From Amoebophrya sp. A120 (taxonomy: Eukaryota; Protista; Dinoflagellata), in contig CAJINV010000012.1 in the NCBI GenBank assembly GCA_905178155.1, positions 1,244,492-1,308,491 on the forward strand: 64,000 bases of DNA. The letters run 5' to 3'. The notes under the pieces are model-generated. The model ran no database searches. It had not been told where the DNA came from and worked only from the letters and a program-made list of their open reading frames with translations. Position numbers and translations under genes: made by a program. Position 1 is the stretch's first letter; each line of letters starts with the position of its first letter. Below, in pieces: positions 12,001 through 24,000 of the stretch.

Positions 12001-15000
12001 TGTCCCGTTATTAGCAGTGGGTAGTTGTTCAGATGACCCGCCACCAGCCGCCACTGAGAAATTTTTGCCCAACATGAAGTCGCCATTATTCAAGAGCCGA
12101 CTGAGGCGAAAGCGCTCAGGTGGTGAAAGACCGTGGAAAAACGCGGTCTTCAGTTCTGCTACGGAGCCGGAGATCCTTTTTTGTTTAGAAGCAGCTGCAG
12201 CTGCTGCTCCACCGCTAATTTCAGTTGTTTCCTCCACACCGCCGATGATGGTGCTGTCGTCCTCTTCTTCAAACGCTGTGAGGGCCACTGCCAGTCTCGC
12301 TAGCGCCCGGTTCTGGAGTGCTGCCTGGCCCATTCTTCGCTTTTCGAACTCTTCCCGATCTTCGTCCTCATGGCAGCTGCCCTGGTGGTTAATATTTTGA
12401 TTTTCGGTCATGCCACTCTTAAAAACACCGCTGCTCGTATCATGATTTCCGCCGGTGCTTTGCTGTTGAGCAGGACTCTCGTCCTGTCGAGCCTCGTCTA
12501 CATCCAATTCTGCCCAAAGCCGAATCCGTTGCTCGTGAGACAATTTAGCGTAGTTTTGCTCCTTTGAGTTCTTAGTGCCTGGTATGATGGTGGCTCCGTC
12601 GATGATCTTTTTCGCGGTAGGACTACTGATGCCAACAGAAGTTTTGTCTTCCTGCTCTTGTACCACGCCTTGTCCTTGCAGTTCGTGGTCACTTTTCGTT
12701 TGCAGTCGCTCCGTCGTTTCCTTCACAAATTTTCCGCGTGTTTTCTGCCAACTGTGGTACAGGACCAAATCGGTGGCCGTCATAGGTACAAGGTGGCTAT
12801 GTTGGGTGCTGACGGTGTCAGCACAAGTGGCGGCGTGACTTTTCGGTAGTACGCTTTCTTGCACTGCTCCAGCACCTCCGTGGCCCACAAGACCTCCACC
12901 TGGAATACTAGCAATAGGAACTATCAGTGACTCCATCAACACCTGAGCCCCAAAGAAAAACCGCTGAAAAACGGACTCCGTCATGGCCAACGAGCCGGAG
13001 AGAGACTCCGCCCCCCGCGAGCCGGCCAGGTCGAGAAAAATCGTGAAAAGAAAAAACGCGAGGGTTTTTCTAGCTGATAAGGTGCTGTGTGGTGGCGATG
13101 CTCCGGTAGATGAAGTGCTGCTGTTAAACGAGAACCCCCCGTCCGGCGATGATGTTTTTCTTCCCTCCGATGTGTAGTGGTTCGTACGATCGCCAAGCAA
13201 TTCCTTTCTCAACTTTTCGACATTCGCCGCCACATTCTCCCCGGCTAGAAACTGCCGGAAGCTCCACTGAATCGAGAAGCATTTCCGCAAAAGGATTTGG
13301 TGCTCGTGATCCAGCCGCGCGAAACTGGGCAGGAGATTGGAGGTTGTGCTGAAACTAGAGGAAAATTGCTGGGGTTCTTGGGAAGCAAGACCAGGAGCGC
13401 CGGAGCCCGCCCTCGTCATCGCGTTATTTGTTGCACTACTACTACTACTCGCAGTATTCTTAACGCCGATCACAGAGAGCAGTTTCCCATTGCGTCCTCG
13501 ATCGTCAGCCACGCGCCAGAGACTGTCACTTAGCTCAACTTCTGCGGGATGCAAATTGGTGACATAATTACCATCGTAGCTGCTACAGGGTCTTGATCTT
13601 GTTACATGCGAGGTGGAAAAATATGAAGCATTTCTTCCCTGAAATAAACTGTCGCTCCCGTCAGGTCCAGGACCACGTGCTTGCCGAAGATACCCGTTGT
13701 GATCGCTGCTAATAAACGGTCCTGATCTACTCCTCCCAAATGGATGCTCATCTCCTCCGTAAGTGACGTCCCCACTTGTCGGCCGCTCTTGGAGGTCGTG
13801 CTGCCCACCTCCGAATGTTGTTGTTTTCCTCGCAACAGAAGCCGTCCTGGTCGTGCCGCTGCCAGCACCACCAGCAGTACCACCACCTCCCTCTTCGAAG
13901 GAGCCTGGTTTAAAAATCCCCAACGCGCTCAACACCTCCGCGCTCTTCCCCGCGCAGCGAAAGTCTGCGTTTTCCTGGCCCAAATTGCGAAGAATCACGT
14001 ACGTGCACAGTGCGTTGAACGTCTCGGGATGCGCGAGGCCCAGGGTATGAAAATGCATAACTCCACCTCCCCCTCATTTGGATGGCGTCCGCAGCAACAC
14101 AAGTCCTGGCACAGATGCAGCTTTTGCATGACAAATTTACGACTGGTTGTAGTGCTGTTTCGGCTTTGGGAATCTGTCATGCATAGTATCGGCAAAGGGC
14201 AAAGGGTGGCTTTGGTGTTTTGCATGAGAAATGAGAACGAGGGGGAGTTGTGCACTGTCATACAGGGTTTCTTCCCCGAAAAAGGGCTGCAGGAGGTCGG
14301 TCCAGGAGGAAAGCGTGAGTTTGGTGGACGAAACATTAGGGCCATTTTTCATCTTCGGATCGTTTATATCCCCACCGCCCGCTGCATTATTCATTTTCTG
14401 GAAGGCCGCCGGTGCCGTCAGATTCATCTCCTGTCCCTGCGTAAACAAGTCGTACCGATCTGCAGCAACGTGGTACAGAGACAGCAGGCTGCAAACCGTC
14501 TGCAGATACTTCTCTTGCGCTCTGGCGTTCACCGTATTGTTCATTGCGGCGGACATTCTTGTCGGGTTGTAGGGGGAACAACTTAAAAATGCGCGCGACT
14601 TTTGCCCGCCCATTTGAGCGTCTTCACTCTTGTTAGAATTTCCAGCAGCATTTATTCCAGCTCCTCCACCCACAGAGCGGGACGATTGCTGACTCGTGCC
14701 CTTTTGCGTGTCACTTATCAAAATGAAAAATGCCCCCACCCCGGAACTTGCAATTATAGTTTCTCATGCAAAGTTTGCAAGTGAAAGCTTTTTGTCTTGC
14801 ATGAAAGGACTACGAGCCTTTCTGATGCAGAACCTAGACTGCGCAAGGTATCGCTTGCGTAACAGATCCGGCTGCTGTTGGGCGCCTTTGCAACACAGAT
14901 TTGAGCTATTCAGCATGGAAAATTTCTGATGCTGATATATGCAAGACGGGGAGCGTTTCAATTGGAAAGGTTTGCAATACAAATGCTGCCAAGTTGTGGA

Positions 15001-18000
15001 CTGGGGGCATTTTCCATTGTAATATCACCAGACACTGCTTTCCGCCACACCGCGTCCAGACCGATCGACTGCGTTGCCACATTGATGTTTCCTGAGTAAA
15101 AACGTCCCCACACCAGAGTCAGGATGGGGATTTTGCAACACAAACCTAGGAGCTTTGTGAGTCACGCATGACAAGTTGCGCTCCGCAGTGTAGTGCAGGT
15201 TAGCAAGTGCAGCCGCATCACAGATTCATCTGCTCATCCTGTTCACAGCATCACAAATCCCACAACACGACTGGAAATGGCTCTCATGGGGATGCGCATT
15301 ACAAGTCTTCCTGTCTTTGCAAATCTGCATTACAACTCTGGTGTGGGGACGTTTTTACTCAGGATATGATGTTGTTGTGCAGCACGGGGTCATTGGGTGA
15401 GCCACCACCGCCCGACCGCTCTTCAACACTGTCCGCTATATTGGACGTGCTTGGAGGAAGATGGCCGCCGGTCGGTTCCTGTAGTGCTGACGCAGCTGAA
15501 ATGGAGTGTTGATCTTGATGGGTATTATCCGTATAATCTTCTTCAGCTCCCCCACTTCCTACGCGGCCCGACGAGCAATCATTTCTCTTGCCGTCCCGCA
15601 AAACGTCGAAACCAGAATTACCTTCGGTGCAGCAGCTCGACGCAATGCTATTGAGGTTTCTTGACCTTTCTTCACTGATGATCGACAGAAAAGGCAGGGC
15701 GGTAGTTGGATCATGATCCTGAGTACTATGCAGTTGGAGATTTTTAGGCTCGAACATTCCGTGGTCGTGGTACAGAGTATCACTCCGTGCTCCATAGACG
15801 GAACCCATGAAGACTCCCCCTGGCGCACCCCCGCTCGGTCCCGCTGCCATGCGCGATAAAAATCCACCGCCCGTCGATCTGTGCGCGGCAGCGGACGCGG
15901 AGGTTGGGCGGAATAGTAAGGAACCGGCTCCTGCTGCTTCAACAGCTGATCCGTAGTAAGATTGAGGATACGCACGTGAAGATGAAGAGGTGTGAATCTT
16001 CGCACTGTTTCTCCCCGCGGACTGGCTGTCCCATTGGAAATACGAGAGTTCGGGAAAAATTTGGTGTACCTGCACAACAAATTCCGTCTCGTCTATCGCG
16101 TTCCACTCGCACACTTCCGCGGCAAACGCGGAGCCACGAATATTCAAGTGGTGCAAAGGGTTTCTCCGGTTCGCATAATTCGCCGCTGCGGACGTCGCGG
16201 AGTAGCCGAGCTGTGGCCCACCTGTGGTAGTACTTGCTGGTGGTGCACTGGAAGTCCTAGACCAAGCGGCAGAAGATGAAGTTCTTTTTCCCGCTATACC
16301 CGCAGAAGCTTTCTTACCACCCTCAAAGAGACCATCTTCCGGTGTTAGAGGTGCGGAAATGCGCCGCGTGTGGGGCACGATTGCTGTACTGGCTGCAGAT
16401 GAAAAATTACCACCTGCTTGGTGGTTCATGAGCGAAAGCATTTTTCGGTTGTAGTCTTGCAGCAATAAGTGGACGACGCTGCTGTTGCCCTGCAGGCAGG
16501 CGTAGTGCATCGGGAGCCAGCCGTTCGCGTCCTGCACGAAGCTGTCGGCGTTGCAATCCAGCAGTATCTGGCAGATCTCGGCCGCGTTCAACCGCGCGGC
16601 CGAATGAAGGGCGGTTAAGTGTGCCGTGGCCGAGGTGTTGACCAGTCCTGGTGCGCTTATTTGCTGGGGAGATGAGGATGCAGCCACATCATTCGCCGAC
16701 GTGTCAACAGTGTCGTGACTGCTGCCTCCTGCCTGAGCAGCCGCTTGCGTCTGCCGACTCCGGCTCGTAAAAGTGGAAGCAGCTTCTGCAGCAGCCTCTC
16801 GTTCTTGTTGCTGTTCAGACTCTATTAATACCTGACTCTGATATAATCGTCCACCTCCTGCTGTACTACTGTTGTAATTGCTGAGCGACAAAAGGCAGGG
16901 CTCGTCGATGTACTGCACAAATTCGAAGGGCAGATCTCGTAAAATCTGGAAGAACGAATCGTAGCTGTACTCGATGGCCAAATAGAAAATCATCGACAAC
17001 CGCTGTGCCTTCGTCGTGTTGGCTCGTATCGCCGTGCTGTATGCGGAGAGGACTGGTTGAACTGGGAGTTGCTGTTCATCCACTTCTGCTGGAACCGCGG
17101 GAGAACCAGCGACTTGTTGCTTGCCCATCTCTACTTCTGGGCCGGTAGCTTTATTCGCGTCCTCCGCTGTTAGAACTTGTTCCGCGCGGCCGTCGTTATT
17201 TTCCTTGTCCTCGGTAGTGCGCTGCTCGACCCGTCCCGCGGCTGGTACAACCGCCGAAGTTGTGGTCACGCGACCCGGTTGTAGTTGGCTGCTCCAGTAG
17301 GCACTAGTACTCGCATGATTTGCACTTTCGCCGGAGCAGCAGCCCTGCTGGCAAAAGGCGTGGAGTTGTTTGGTGACGATTTTGAGGAAAATTCTCGGCC
17401 ATTTCTCCACCAGCATCTCAACCAAATCGCGCCACCACGGATCCAGCATCATCGTGATGAAATTCGGAAGCACTAGAGAGGACGTCGACGCGGCGACTTT
17501 TGACCTCGACGAGGGAGTAGATTTCCTCTTCGCATCTTCCTTGCCCACGACGGCCCTGCTTGTTCTTTCCATGACTGATTCGGTGCTTTCCGGCTCTTTT
17601 GGTTTTGATTTTGTTTTGTCGAACGACTCATCATTTCCTCGTCGTTCCTGTTCCGCTTCCGCACTACCTCCAATTGCCAAATTTTCTTCTTTTTCGGTCC
17701 CAGGCGCGGCACTATTGGTATTTTCGGAGCCATAACTGCTTATCTCAAGACTTACCCCATTCAGATAATCCACCCAGTTTTCAGCGATCACGATTTCTTC
17801 CGCCTGGTTTACCTCTTCCACCAAGCAGCTCGCGGCCATGTACTTCTGAAAAGCGAATAGAGAAAACGAAAACTGTTCCGATGCAGTTGCGGCTTTGCTC
17901 GTTTGTTTATGTACTGGTGACATACTAATTCCGCCGTTCGGGTGGCTGCTGCTTGAGCTTCTCGTAGTGGTGGAACCACCATAATTCGTCGTAGCAAACA

Positions 18001-21000
18001 AATTGGAAGCCCCCGCAGGTGGTTGTCCCATGATGTTGCTATAAGAACTTCCCCCGCCCCCCGATGCGCTTGTAGTTCCCCCGCCACCGCCCGCTCTGCA
18101 ATTTATCAAGGTGACCTGACCCAGACGAATGGTCTGCGCAAAGTCTTCCCACAACGACAACAGCTTCGTTTTACTACTACTACTACTTCCCGTTGAGGAA
18201 GCTGCACCACTTCCTCCTCCCGCGACAGGCCCCTTTTTCCGCAACTCCACCCTCTTCTTCCGGAAAACCCACCGCAGCCACTTGTGCGAGAACTCCCGTT
18301 TGTGGCGGATCTGAAGCTGATACGCGATCTTCTGCAGAAGAATTTGAAACAGTTTCTGCTGCTCTTTCAGCTTAAACCGGTCCGACTGCTGCCGCGTTTT
18401 GACCCGCGAAAGCAAGACGTCGATGGAAACGCGGAACACTTCGGTAATCGCAACTGTCGTGTTCAACGGTACGGCTTGCTGTTGGTGGGGATCAAGTAGA
18501 CCATTTTGGCTCTTCATCTCAGCAGAGCCGAGACCGCTGGCGGACCGCTGTTCTAGTACTCTCGCGACGCCTCCTTTCGACGTTGTGCTGTTGCTGTTTA
18601 CAACACCTGCTGCACCCGCGGAAGTAGAAACACCCGAGGCTGGTGTTGTGATTTTTCCCGCTGCTGCTGATGCGGATGATGTTGAATCTTGCTTGCGCAC
18701 AGCACTGCTGTAACTGGAGTCGTTCGAGGCCACCGCTTCACTGCCGATGGAGGACCTCGCACGCAAAGACGAAGAGGACCCAATCGCAGCTGTTGGAGCA
18801 GCCGGCGGCCCGCCCGAGATCGAGCTCCGTGCAGCTCCCGCTTGTAGCTGCTGTTTAGTACTGCTATTTTGCGCAGCCGTACTAGCTGCAGCAGACCCAC
18901 CACCATTCGCCGCGTTCGCTCCGGCAACTTGCCAGTAGCACAGCACCATGGAGAGCATAGTTGGCGATTTTAACAGTCCGCGCTCTCCGTCTTTCAGTAG
19001 TTTCTCCTCGACCTGCTGTAAAAACTGCAAAAAAGCCGTCACGACGTCCTGCTCAGAGTTCTTATTTGCTGCCGTTCCCCCTGCTGCGGTGCTTTGCGCG
19101 TTTACCGCTGTGAGATGATCTCCTCCTCGACTAGTCGCGGCTCCTCCGGGCGCGAGACGGGCGTTGATGATGTGCCGTTGCTGCTGTTCGTCAAGTTCCT
19201 CGAGATGATACACTTGGAAAAAGGAGCTGAAACTCTGGCTCATTTGCTCCGAAAGCGGTACTACTGCGACCGGCACGGCGAGGGGTCTGGCACTGGGCGG
19301 TGGGTATGGAGTGCCTATTCCAGTCATCGAAGAACTCTTACTTGGTCCAGTTGTACTACTCACAGTTGTTGTGCCCCCTCCGACAACAGCAGTGGATGCC
19401 GCGCTAGGTTGCTGCGCTATCCCGGCCGCCCCTTGTTGCAGTTGCATCGCGGCGGCCATAGCTCCCTGCTGCTCAGCGTCGTTGTAGATAAATCCTTCTG
19501 TCGTCGTGCTATTTTCATAGAGGGCCGTATATCCGGATGAGCCTCCTGCCGACGCTCTCGTCGTCCCCGAAGGTACTTCTAAACCATAGTCATGGTACAG
19601 GTCATGCTTTCCCAGAAACCCTCCTCCTGCTTCCCGTCCCAGGTCGCGCAACTTTGCCGAATTCGTCCGACTGCGCTGCCGGTAGGCGGACGAAAGAACT
19701 TTGCACACCGTGGTGCAAACGTCGTCTTCGGAAGGATGGAAATAATCCGCCTCTTCAGAACCACATCCACGGGCGTCGGCGTTGACAAAGGTGACCATAG
19801 ACTGCTTCTTCCCAACCACCGGGATAGAAGACGTCGCGCAGGAGGCCTCGTTCGCTGCTGCAACAGCAGTCCCCGCAAAATTATAGGCGCCTTCGTTGTT
19901 CATCGCACTGCCTGGCTTCAGGATGGACTTTGTCTGGTTCGCGATGGTGGCGGTGCGAGTGGAGACCAGGTTTGATGGCGTGTTGTCTGCTGTATTCCCC
20001 GTGGTGCCGGCGGTTGTCGGAGGCGTGGAAGGGTACAAAGGACAAGGTTGAACTTCATCATGATCCCCGTTGTACCCATTCAATATTTTGTCCTCATTTC
20101 TCAACAAACTGGCGTCGTGCTGCATGGTGCTAGCAGCCGCTGCAGACAAAATCTCGTCGCCAGATGTACTTAATGAATTCCAGTTACCGAGAACAGCAGC
20201 ACCAACATCTTCTGCAAAACTAGCTCCCGTTTCGCATACGGACGGCAATGGATTTATTCCTGTACTACAGTCCGCAGAAGTCGTGCTCCCCCGAGAAAAA
20301 GAAGAATTCTGACTGTGCATATTAGTGTAACGCTGCCAGTGCTGGTGAACAAGCGGCGCTCCACCGAAACTGCCACCGAGAGGTCCTGCAGTAGTCCCGC
20401 CCCGCAACCCAAAGACCCGCTGTCCCGCGGCGACGACGACCGCTTCCACGGTAGAGGCGCGGATTTTCTGAAACGAATCCGAATTCGAAATTACATTCCG
20501 TCCCGCAGAAGAGGGGGAAATACTAAAGGTTGTCAGCTGCTTCTGCACCGTGATGTGATCGCTGCTCCTCTGGGGCGACACTGATAGAATAGAGGAGGTA
20601 GTTGCGTCCGACACAGTTTTGGTGCTCGCAAACGGAAAGAACGAACCGGTGGTTGAAGATGAGGATGAACTGTTCTTCCGAAGTAGATGATTTGATGTAC
20701 TACTGCTACTTCTCTGCACATCGACCAAGGGCGCGAGAACGGCGTCGCATGCGATACGCAGAACTTCCAGCTCACGGTCGTTGTTCAGGGAGCTGGCGCT
20801 GTCTTGCTGCGAGGAGTGTTGATTTATATTTATTTGGTCCTGCTCCAATGCAGATAGCATATGGTCTGCTGCGGGAAGAACAATATTATCGCCTCTGGAC
20901 GTCGAACTACTCCCCCCGCCGAAGCGTACTCGGTGCGGCTGCTGCGCGTGCGCACCTCCCCAGCGGGAACTGCGATGCGCAAAGTCGTCCAAGGCCCCGC

Positions 21001-24000
21001 GAAACGTGTTCTGCTTCAGCATTTGCAGCCCGGTAGAGCAGGTGCCAAAATGAAGATCAGTGGCATGATCGCTAGTCCCCGGTTCTTGGCGGAGATGCTC
21101 CTGGTGGTGAAAACTCCTACCCCCGGCGGAAGTTGCCGCAGAAGGAGCCAACATGTAGTTAATACCCGCCGTCATAGCTGCACTAGTACCGGCTCCCAAA
21201 AAATCGTCCACCCCCGTCGCGCTCGACGGCCGGAGCGCTACACAGACGCGGTGGTGCGCAAAGTTCAACGCGAAGAGGATCTGCTCGAGCTGAGGAGACA
21301 AAGTGTCAGTATCGTTGTCGAATAGAAAAACCACCCTGCGACAGTCAATGGCGTGGCGGAAAAGCTGGTACCGGGTGGAATCTTCCCCGTGCAGGATCTT
21401 CAAATAGCGATCGATCAAATCAATCGACAGTGTCGCCGAAAAATCCTCGGAGTCCTCCGGGGAACCCGGTCCACCCGCGGAGGTGGTACAATATTGTTCC
21501 TCCGCGGCGGAGTCGCGCTTCGAGGTAGTGAGTCGGGAAAAGTTGTTGGGAGCAAAGTGATGTTGCTGGTGTGTAGACGAACTGGTTTTTGGATAGGTGT
21601 TTGAGTGTGGCCCGGTTTGCTGCAGGGCAGAGGGACTAGTACTACTTCCAGCTGATGTAGTTCCACCTGCTAGTGTTGTGAAGGAGTTGATATGATCACG
21701 TTCACGACTAGAGGGATAAGCTGTAGCAGACGTGGGCTTGTTGTAACGACCCACATCACTCCCGTTCTTCTTGGTACTATTGTGAATGAACCCAGTGTAG
21801 GCCTCGGATTCCGTATCAGACTCGAGTGAAGATGATGACTCATCGTAGTTATTCGCCGTTTCATCCATACCCCCTGCTCGTGGCGATGATGAGCCATCTT
21901 TTGGTAGTGACGGGGGATTCCCGTAGTTCTCACTCCCATCACTCCCACCGGATATCCTATGTAAAAACATCCCCACCCCAGAGTTGTCATGCAGATTTGC
22001 AAGCACAAGAGCATTTGTAATGCGCATCCCCATGAGAGCCATTCCCCATCTTCGTGTTTTGGAACTTGTAATGCTGTAAACAGGATAAGGAGACGGATTT
22101 GTTATGCGGCTTCCCTTGCTAAACTGCACTACAGTACAGCCTGCAACTTGTCATGCGTGACTCCCAAGAGGTCTAGGTTTGTGTTGCAAAATCCCCATCT
22201 TGACTCTGGGGTGGGGACGTTTTTACACGGGACACCAGATTTGATCTTGTTACCCCTGCACGATGAACTCTCCGCAATCGTAGTGCCAGAAGTTGTGTTG
22301 TAGTTCGACGACGCATTCGCGCGTCCGGGCAACGAGGGGGGGCCCTGTGTTGAAGACCACTCGGAAGGAGCAGGAGCGTATTTCTTGTTGTCACTGGTGT
22401 TATTTTCCCCGGCGAAAGAAGTTGTGGCAGAAGAAAATGCAGCGGACGTCGTGGAATTCGCATTCGTTCTCGCCAAGAACTCCGAAACCGGGATCAAAAG
22501 CGGGATTAATTCCTGATATCGCAAGAAAAAACTGTTTCACTGTGAACTTGTGATGCAGAAAATGGAACACAGAACTATTTGTCTTGCTACACCTGAAACA
22601 CATTGGATTTGCAAGCGTGTTTTCCCTTGGGAAGCGCGCATAACAGACTTTCAGTGTCATGTGTAACACACTTGTGATGCAGATCTAGCAAAATCATCAC
22701 AGTGAAACAGTTTTTTCGTGGGATACCTGACTCGCATCATTCAACACGGTCAAAATCAACTGCCGCAACAAACACGACTTCCCGCTCCCCGAACTTCCCT
22801 TGATCACGAACGACCGGGGGAAGGACTGCGCACACGAACGGTACTGCTGCGGGACGACTTTGATTTTCGCTGGTTTCATTTGCATTCCCGGCTGCCTGTT
22901 TTTCAGTTTCACTCCGCGCCCGGCGCTCGTTTTGCTTTTGACGGTGTCGTTCCTCGGCGTCCTGGCACTAGTGCTGGAAGTTGTTGTTGTTGTTTTTTTC
23001 ATGTTCAACTCTACTTCTGCACTAGGAAAATAGCACACGGTTTGTATCAACGGAGCGAGCTCTGGCGGGATGTGGAGCTCCTGCTGCTGTGGTAGCTGTT
23101 GTTGTTGTGTAGATGCACCGTACGCGAAACGGGTGGCCCCAGACCTGCCTTGCCCCGTGAAGATTTTCCGCATCAAAAACGTCTCTCCCTCAGCACTGCT
23201 CGTTTTCGCTTGCCGAACATCTTCCCTTCCGGACGACGAGAGCAATTTTTGCAGGTTATCGTCTACTCCGTATGTTGTTGTGCTCATCGGTCCTCTTCTC
23301 GTCGTTAATATCCAAAAAAAAACTGTGTAAGTGTAGGTCTTTTGGGAAAACAGCATCACAAGTTTGTCTGCCATGACAGGAAAAACTTGTCATGCGCAGA
23401 TAGGATGGGAAAACACGTAGGAAGCGAGCCTATCACGCATGTGGAGCATGACAAGCGTAACTGTTTTGCATTTTCTGCACCACAGACTTACACTTACGCA
23501 GCTTTTTTCTTGCATAGTCGTCGAAACATGATGCTGCCCACGAGGACCACCTCCCAGGTAGTTGTAAGGACGAGCTTCCGGTGCCCCGTTAACGCCCCGC
23601 AGTCGGAAGCTGGCGCAGTCCACTTTCAGGTCGAGCTTCAATCCTGAAATAGCGTCGATGATAAAGCCGTAACGCGCCTTCAGGAACGACCGGAGCCGGT
23701 GTGCCTCCTCGGAAAATTGCCTCGCGGTCATCGTGTTTTTACGCACGCAATGGTTCCAGGAGTTCAAATCGACCAGGAAAGCAGCCGCATCGCCCTCGGT
23801 AGGCAAATTTTCTTCATTTTCGTGCTCGACAGATAACGTGCCCGTCCTTGTACTAGTAGCACCATCTGGAAGCACACCGCTACCTCCCGGGGGCTTGTGT
23901 TGTCCTCCTGCCGTCGCCGACGACGACAGGACAGGATCGGTGTCAGCATCGACCTCTCGTCCCCGTGCTGCATCATTTCGTGGCGAAGGCCCTTCGTGAT

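Larger units (their letters stand above)
3950..16120 (-). other. Three tandem copies of a DUF6829-like helical domain
   Basis: Each motif recurs three times: FPELSYF/YPELGYY/YPELCYF; LPSFARL/FPSFARL/LPSFNRL; FRQFLAGEN/FEQFIRGET/FNQFLQNEC; LERALKLLL/LVHALKILL/YERALRLLL. The family name is recalled, not searched. Confidence 0.65.
17400..22830 (-). other. NACHT/STAND NTPase domain region
   Basis: Walker A VIKGSSGSGKSCLLRQL (~22760-22805), LIPLLIPVSEF, degenerate Walker B VVFLFDND, LEELDEQQQRHII, LLKSPTMLSMV, LLQKIAYQLQ, FSFSLFAFQKYMAA, LDPWWRDLVEML. The order matches NACHT + HD1 + WHD. Confidence 0.75.
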
